Source: a virus. Taken from it: a stretch of 64,000 nucleotides of DNA. The DNA lies in IMG/VR virus record IMGVR_UViG_3300030108_003282, positions 1-64,000 of that record, one strand, 5' to 3'. The notes under the pieces are model-generated. The model ran no database searches, was not told the DNA's origin, and saw only the letters and a program-made list of their open reading frames with translations. Shown one piece after another: positions 58,313 to 64,000 of the stretch (the stretch's first letter is position 1; each line of letters starts with the position of its first letter). The translations under genes were made by a program, and so were the position numbers.

Positions 58313-58502
58313 CAGCCCTCTTATACGCCTGAGCCAACATCTGCGCTTTTCTTGCAGACCATTGACCTGCCGCACCACCTTTTGTTCCTCGTTTAATTCT
58401 ATTAAAAATTCTTTTTCTCATTCCAGGTTTTGTATAGTTTCCAGACTGATTTACAGTAGATTTCTTCTTTTTCTTTTTCTTTAAAATATCCTGCCATTCC
58501 AT
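58293..58502 (-). CDS. basic protein, DUF5872 N-half-like, WQDILK tag
   Basis: NYTKPGMR...GGAAGQWSARKAQML...GGGY. Confidence 0.75.
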   Translation of the reverse strand: MEWQDILKKKKKKKSTVNQSGNYTKPGMRKRIFNRIKRGTKGGAAGQWSARKAQMLAQAYKRAGGGYKN

Positions 58503-58519
58503 TTTTTCACTTCCTTAAA

Positions 58520-60154
58520 TTAATCTTGTGTTTTTTCAATAGTTCCCATTTCTTCAATATAAAGTTTAAGATATTTTTGCATTCTTCCAATAGCATAACT
58601 GTAATTTTGTCCAGATTTATACATCAAGTGTGCGGTTTCAAGTTCTCTGATAATTTTTGCAAGTCTATCACTAATAGCAGTGGTATCTAGTTTTCTATCA
58701 AGAATTTTTTTAGTTGAAGAAATAATGTGGTCTACCTCTTTATCACCTAAACCTTTTTTATCTCTTAAATACGGAGTTGAACTTTTAGTAATCTTAATAA
58801 TTGTTCCAATATTTTCTAAAGAGTCCATAACCGACATTTTACAATTGTCTTTGTATTTTTGAATATCATCTAAATAGATACCTTCTTTCAACCAATCAAA
58901 ACCCACATGGTCTTTATGATTCTCCCACTTCATTAACTTAAAAATTTCATCACAACGGCTTTTATACCAGTCGGCTTTCTTATATGACTTCTTCATGCGA
59001 ATCAACTCAAGCAATAACTCAGCGTTGCCTTTCTTAAGACGAAAATGAGGAAGACAATTCTTTAACAGTTTAGAAACATCATCCTGTGAATAAAAATTTA
59101 ATCTATTAATTAAACGGGTTGCTTGTGGAGATTTCTGGTCTAAATGCATTCTGCCGAAACCAAGAGACTTATGCATTTCTTGCATAAAAGCCTTACCTCT
59201 TTCTCCTGTTGCGACTAATCCTACTCTTGGATTCATGTTGCGGTCTAATGTAATATATCCATCTGAATCAATAAAAGCAGCAGTATAAGCCCAAATATTT
59301 TTCTTAATCATAGAAGGGACTTTGTAATACGAACCCTTTACAGAACTAATTTCTAATTTTTTGACTGCCTTTGAAATTGAATTAGGGCTTGCTGCTTTAT
59401 GAAGAGAGGAAGGCATTCTTTCGTGTATTCCTGAAGCAGTAATTCCTGGATTTTCACAAACCATTTTTAAAATAAAGTCCTCTGTTCTTTGTTTCTTTGA
59501 TTTGGTAAGAGACTGGTCTGTAATCTTAGAAATAGCATTTCTAAAATCCTTTTTAGCAGAACTCATAGTTTTGTGCAGATTAGAATATTCTTTTCCATAG
59601 GCCATTCCAGTTTGCTCTATTTCAGCCTCCCAGTATTTACAAAGAGCATCAACAGTTTCTCTTCTTAATTCTGAACTTTTCATCTTATGTAGTTTGGACA
59701 AATCTTTCTCATTATACCTCATTTTTCTTAGAGGAACCTCATAGTCGTTTAACCAAGTAATAGAACCGATGCAATTATTTAAATGTTCAGTATAAGCATC
59801 AATCATCGTATCAATGGCTTTTGACATTTTAATACGATGTTCCCCCTTCAACGCTCTCCGAGACTTTCTCATTTTTCTAACTAAATCAGGAATAGTGTGT
59901 TCTTGAACAATATATTCATTTGGAAAAGAAGTGAGTCTCTTTCTTGCATCGCTAGCATTGATGTTAAAAGCAGTAGATAATTTAACTATTTCTTCATGCT
60001 CAGACATAACATAGGTATTGTTGAAGATACTCTTTAATTCTGTATCTAGTTGTTCCTCTATGCTATCTTTAACTTCGGCTTCTTCTTCATCTAATTCGGC
60101 TAAACGGTTCATTTGTTCAGCCGCTTGACGGTATTTATCTGCCTGTTCTGTCAT
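58520..60154 (-). CDS. multidomain protein: helical + wHTH + LAGLIDADG endonuclease domain
   Basis: ENPGITASGI wHTH; YTAAFIDSDGYI; LPHFRLKK. Confidence 0.8.
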   Translation of the reverse strand: MTEQADKYRQAAEQMNRLAELDEEEAEVKDSIEEQLDTELKSIFNNTYVMSEHEEIVKLSTAFNINASDARKRLTSFPNEYIVQEHTIPDLVRKMRKSRRALKGEHRIKMSKAIDTMIDAYTEHLNNCIGSITWLNDYEVPLRKMRYNEKDLSKLHKMKSSELRRETVDALCKYWEAEIEQTGMAYGKEYSNLHKTMSSAKKDFRNAISKITDQSLTKSKKQRTEDFILKMVCENPGITASGIHERMPSSLHKAASPNSISKAVKKLEISSVKGSYYKVPSMIKKNIWAYTAAFIDSDGYITLDRNMNPRVGLVATGERGKAFMQEMHKSLGFGRMHLDQKSPQATRLINRLNFYSQDDVSKLLKNCLPHFRLKKGNAELLLELIRMKKSYKKADWYKSRCDEIFKLMKWENHKDHVGFDWLKEGIYLDDIQKYKDNCKMSVMDSLENIGTIIKITKSSTPYLRDKKGLGDKEVDHIISSTKKILDRKLDTTAISDRLAKIIRELETAHLMYKSGQNYSYAIGRMQKYLKLYIEEMGTIEKTQD

Positions 60155-60163
60155 ATAAATACC

Positions 60164-61594
60164 TCAAAAGTTTAAGCCTATGGACGAAGAAAAGCCCTGT
60201 TTTGGTCGTTGCGGAGCATCGTTAAACAGCCCTAAATCATCGAGCAGTATGAAGTTATCGCTGGCCTGATAAGTAGCGGCATTTGCTAAAGCAAGACTCA
60301 TCACCATATCGTCATGCGCCCCAATACCTTCAAATTTTCCACGCTCGGTAATAGCAAACATTGATAATTCTTCAATAAGCAAAGAAGAAACCTTTCTACT
60401 TTCTTCATTCCCGTATGGGAAGTGAATCTTTCCATTTTCAAGAGACATTTGTAAATTAAGAATAATCTCTTGTTTCTTTCTTCTAGTTGTATCAAAGTCA
60501 TGAACATTTACATCAGCAACTTGACGAAGTTCTTGAGTAAATGATTTAGCAAAAGTATTTGTTTCAAACAAAATAACTTCGGGTCTAAAGACTTGATTTA
60601 ATAATTTTACCTTTTGAATATTTTCACGGAACTGAACGTTCTTTGCTCGGTCTACGTACACAATTGATTTATTTTCATTTTCATCTACCTCAAGAACAGT
60701 AATCACATTGTAATCCCCATCAGTAGAAATAGCGGGGTCCACTCCTATGAAATATTTATATCCTTCACGCTTTAATGGTTTCAATACTAAATCTTTGTTC
60801 TTAGCATTATCTAAATGTTCGGGACTGAATAAAGAAGTTCCTGTTGAAATAGGCACACACATATATTCTCTTGTAAACATTAATGAACCGACTTCTGCCT
60901 TACGAGCCATTAACGCCTCATAGTTCCATCGGTCAGGCCACAACGGTTCGTTTAGTGCATTTAAACAGGGGTATGTTCTAACAGTATAAGCAGCATTTTC
61001 GGATAATTGCTGGTAAATATCCGTATAACTGAAAGGTGTTCCAATAACACGTAAAGATGCGGTATGGTGAAGTGTTGGAATCATATCCCCATAAAACCAG
61101 TCAGTGACTTTTTGAATACCAGTCATACTAAACTCTTTCAAAGGGTCATCAATAACAATCTCTTGAGGGTGAAGCCCACGAATCTGTGAACCAACCGACC
61201 TTTCAAGGATTTGGTTTCCATTGGTTAATGTAATATTCCCAATAGCCCAACCTCTTGCGGGTTTAAATTTCTTGAGCATTGGGTGAGTAAACATCTTATC
61301 AATGTCTCTCATGTGAACCAAAGTCTGTTTTTGGTTAGAAGAAATATAAAGCATTTGATATGGAGGCTCTTCAAAGATTAATTTCCACACAACCCATGAA
61401 TGCATAAATACAGATTTTCCGTGGTCTCTTGAACAGATAATTACAGTTCTTTGAGTAGTGTTCATTAACTCATGCCATTCCTGTATGTATGAAGGAAAAT
61501 CAAAACCTAATACATTTTGAAAAAAATAAGGGAACGAGTTTTTGGATAACTGCATATCCATCTCATGTTCAAAATTAAAGGCTTCTAATTCCAT
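60164..61594 (-). CDS. terL: terminase large subunit
   Basis: SRDHGKS, IVIDD, IGTP, GVDPA, ETN, HDDMVMSLALA. Confidence 0.95.
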   Translation of the reverse strand: MELEAFNFEHEMDMQLSKNSFPYFFQNVLGFDFPSYIQEWHELMNTTQRTVIICSRDHGKSVFMHSWVVWKLIFEEPPYQMLYISSNQKQTLVHMRDIDKMFTHPMLKKFKPARGWAIGNITLTNGNQILERSVGSQIRGLHPQEIVIDDPLKEFSMTGIQKVTDWFYGDMIPTLHHTASLRVIGTPFSYTDIYQQLSENAAYTVRTYPCLNALNEPLWPDRWNYEALMARKAEVGSLMFTREYMCVPISTGTSLFSPEHLDNAKNKDLVLKPLKREGYKYFIGVDPAISTDGDYNVITVLEVDENENKSIVYVDRAKNVQFRENIQKVKLLNQVFRPEVILFETNTFAKSFTQELRQVADVNVHDFDTTRRKKQEIILNLQMSLENGKIHFPYGNEESRKVSSLLIEELSMFAITERGKFEGIGAHDDMVMSLALANAATYQASDNFILLDDLGLFNDAPQRPKQGFSSSIGLNF

Positions 61595-61598
61595 ATGA

Positions 61599-63206
61599 CT
61601 ATCTCCTTAATAATTGTTTCCATAACATTCTTTCAAGGGATTCTCTTTGTCCTCCCATAATGTCTTTCTTTCCTCTTTCTGTTGCTCTACCAAGTTGATT
61701 TAATCTGTCTTTTAAAGACTGAATATGCTTGATTCTTTTTTCAAGAAATGTTTCTAAATACTTTTTCTCTTCGTTTAACCTAATTCTATATTTATTCGTT
61801 TCTTTTTCTTTATCTTTTCCTGTGTATTCATTCGCAAATTGTTCTACCATTGGTTCGATATTTTCTAATTGTTTAAGTCTTTTTCTTGCACTTTCTATGT
61901 TAAACTTTCTTCTGACTTTCCCTTGAGAAGTATTGACCATTCTATCAGTAACTTGGTCATAGTCTGTCTGTATTCTATCTATGAGTTTTTGTCTAATGTC
62001 AATGATTTCTTTTTGAGGATTTTTATCATAATACTCTCTTTGCTTTCTGTTTTTTTCTCTTCTCTCTTCTATCTCTTTAGCCCTTTCTTGGCTTTCCTTT
62101 TTTCTTCTTTCTTCTTTAATTCTTTTTTCTTCTCTATCTATTGTATCTTGGTAAGAATCACCCATAAGATGGCCCTCTTTTATTTCATCTACAAAGATAT
62201 TATGAAATTTATATTTTTTTGAAGGATATCCCATTGGGTGACTTCTTATTGAATCAAAAACATAAATTTGTTTTGGTTTTTCATTTAAAAAATATTGCTT
62301 AATTTTTGGGTTTGACTCTAATTCTTCCTTTCCCCTATAGGTTCCTTGCTGTCTTTGAATCGTTTCAAAAGTAATATAAGAATAATCTTCAGAATCATCA
62401 TTAATATAAATCCAGCCATATCTGCCATAAAATGGATTAGCATCTAATTCAGAAGCAATTTCTTCCATTTTTTCAGTTGAGTAATCAGGATGTTCTTTGA
62501 ATCTTGCATTTACCATTACTGAGTAGTGAGGTCTATACATTATATTATATCCAGAACTGTATTTTATCGGGTTATCATTATCCTTTGGAAAGCGACTGAT
62601 TAATTTATTTCCATCAATGTCTTCGGCATCTTCAAAAGTATTATCGGGCAAGATTTTGAGAAGATTAAACCATGTCGGCATAGGGTCGTCAAGATAAACA
62701 CACTTCGCAAACTCGCCTTCGCCACGAATGGGCCGAATAGCCATCCTATCAGGATATTTGGACAACCAAGCACTTAAAACATCAGGTGGCAATAATTTAC
62801 TCATTTGCCCCCAATTTGGACTATCTGGAAAAGACCATCCATTCTTTTTTGCGTTAGCAATCCAACGAGCATTATCTCCGTCTCTATGTCCAAAAGCAGC
62901 AACTAATGGTTTTGAAGGATTTAACTGCGGTTCTCTTGCATCTTGTAATGCTCGACTATTTCCACCAATTTGTCTTCCTTCAGCAGTAGCATACATTCCC
63001 CCAACAACGGTATGTGAAGGGTGTTCTTTGAAACCAACGGTTGCTATTGCTCTATTATTATCATCAACACGAATAAGCCAACTATCTAATTCATAAATGC
63101 CAGATTCTAAATCAGCCCTGCGAGTATAGGGGTCGTCAGGATTATCCTGAGCAAACCTACTTTTCATATTTTCATATGAAAAAATTGCGGGGAGAACTTT
63201 AGTCAT
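61599..63206 (-). CDS. modular protein: GNAT-like N-domain, WFNLLK tag, variable and coiled-coil region
   Basis: IATVG...VGGMYA..EGRQIG...KKNGW resembles a GNAT fold; ends LWKQLLRR. Confidence 0.6.
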   Translation of the reverse strand: MTKVLPAIFSYENMKSRFAQDNPDDPYTRRADLESGIYELDSWLIRVDDNNRAIATVGFKEHPSHTVVGGMYATAEGRQIGGNSRALQDAREPQLNPSKPLVAAFGHRDGDNARWIANAKKNGWSFPDSPNWGQMSKLLPPDVLSAWLSKYPDRMAIRPIRGEGEFAKCVYLDDPMPTWFNLLKILPDNTFEDAEDIDGNKLISRFPKDNDNPIKYSSGYNIMYRPHYSVMVNARFKEHPDYSTEKMEEIASELDANPFYGRYGWIYINDDSEDYSYITFETIQRQQGTYRGKEELESNPKIKQYFLNEKPKQIYVFDSIRSHPMGYPSKKYKFHNIFVDEIKEGHLMGDSYQDTIDREEKRIKEERRKKESQERAKEIEERREKNRKQREYYDKNPQKEIIDIRQKLIDRIQTDYDQVTDRMVNTSQGKVRRKFNIESARKRLKQLENIEPMVEQFANEYTGKDKEKETNKYRIRLNEEKKYLETFLEKRIKHIQSLKDRLNQLGRATERGKKDIMGGQRESLERMLWKQLLRR

Positions 63207-63212
63207 GAAGCA

Positions 63213-64000
63213 TCACCTAAAAGATGCCTTAATCATATATACTTGTTCACCGCTAATTCCATACTCCTTTGAAATATTGTCGTGAGAATCTACTGCCTTA
63301 ATAATTTGCTCCACTTCAAACGAAGTCAAGTCAATATTTTCATCAACTTGCATCTTTGTAATCATTTTGTTAATACCATACTCATTCATAGGAATCTGTG
63401 CATAAATGACAGGCTTTCCTAATTCCTGCCTAATTACATCGTGAGCCTTTAATAACTTGTGAAGAAGAACTGGTAAGTCCACTTGAGCCGATTCAAAGAT
63501 AGCCTTTAATCTATTATATGCGGTCTTTTTAGCAGGAGCGCCTTTCGTTAAAATCCCTTGATTCATGTCTAACCAATGGGGTAATGCAAATACAGGGAAT
63601 GGTTTTCTAGCCCTATAGTCCTCGAAAAACTGTTCCTTTCTCTCTTTGATAGACTTCCCATCAAAGTCTTTGCCTTCTCTTTGTAAATCATTAGTCTCTG
63701 TCATATAATGATGAATTAAAGCGGCTGCGTAATTGTTGTTTCTTTCTCTTGTTCCTTCACCAAAAATTTCTGTTAATGCATCAGCAAACTCTTCACCATC
63801 GGCAATCAAAGAACCATCAATTTGAATTTCAGGCATGAAGATGTTGTCTAAGAAATCAGCAATAGCGGCCATATCGCCAGCATCTATTTCTTCTCTTGAG
63901 CCTTCAAAGAGAGTATCGTAAGCACCTGACATAATAGTTTCCATTCCTAATTCTAAACTCATTGTTTGGAGAACCTTTGAACCAATGCTGGAACCAAAGG
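63213..64000 (-). CDS. C-terminal part of a large hypothetical protein (truncated by window edge)
   Basis: frame remains open upstream of 63962 to the end of the window. Confidence 0.7.
   Translation of the reverse strand, partial: FGSSIGSKVLQTMSLELGMETIMSGAYDTLFEGSREEIDAGDMAAIADFLDNIFMPEIQIDGSLIADGEEFADALTEIFGEGTRERNNNYAAALIHHYMTETNDLQREGKDFDGKSIKERKEQFFEDYRARKPFPVFALPHWLDMNQGILTKGAPAKKTAYNRLKAIFESAQVDLPVLLHKLLKAHDVIRQELGKPVIYAQIPMNEYGINKMITKMQVDENIDLTSFEVEQIIKAVDSHDNISKEYGISGEQVYMIKASFR

Larger units (their letters stand above)
1..64000. mobile_element. Tailed archaeal virus genome segment (magrovirus-like, Caudoviricetes)
   Basis: TerL, portal, protease, HK97-like MCP and tail module on -; archaeal-type PolB, PCNA, RFC, RPA, primase, MCM and XPF on +; GGTGA SD sites; no host rRNA or ribosomal genes. 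Confidence 0.9.

Noticed and set aside
1-64000. Antisense and nested ORFs in the track (e.g. 11310-11936 -, 47571-48152 +, 21191-21613 -)
   Set aside because: Shadows of real genes; no motifs or SD, and contrary to the two-arm strand layout.

Overview
This AT-rich window is most of the genome of a tailed archaeal dsDNA virus (Caudoviricetes). Its gene content best fits the 'magroviruses' of Marine Group II Euryarchaeota (Poseidoniales). That assignment is inferred from archaeal-type replication genes, GGTGA/GGAGG Shine-Dalgarno sites and a GroES/GroEL pair; no search was run. Positions 1-24.2 kb (+) hold the early/replication arm: JAB protease, GroES/GroEL, PC4-like protein, two histone-fold-like proteins, DNA ligase, RFC, RPA, RecA-like ATPase, PCNA, a split PolB, Cas4-like nuclease, primase, XPF, MCM and an exonuclease. 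Positions 24.4-64 kb (-) hold the morphogenesis arm: TerL, LAGLIDADG protein, portal, a second ligase, protease-scaffold, HK97-type capsid, neck, tail tube, frameshifted chaperones, tape measure, tail tip and fibre. The two arms converge on a hairpin terminator. Main candidate for a new system: a W-x-x-[IL]-[LIH]-K peptide ends the protease-scaffold and recurs in about nine other, mostly unrelated, head-region proteins, suggesting a capsid cargo-addressing and processing tag. Other highlights are an Arf/Sar-like GTPase with membrane proteins inside the virion operon, two histone folds, a tail gene that apparently starts at ATT, and apparent GATC/AGCT avoidance.
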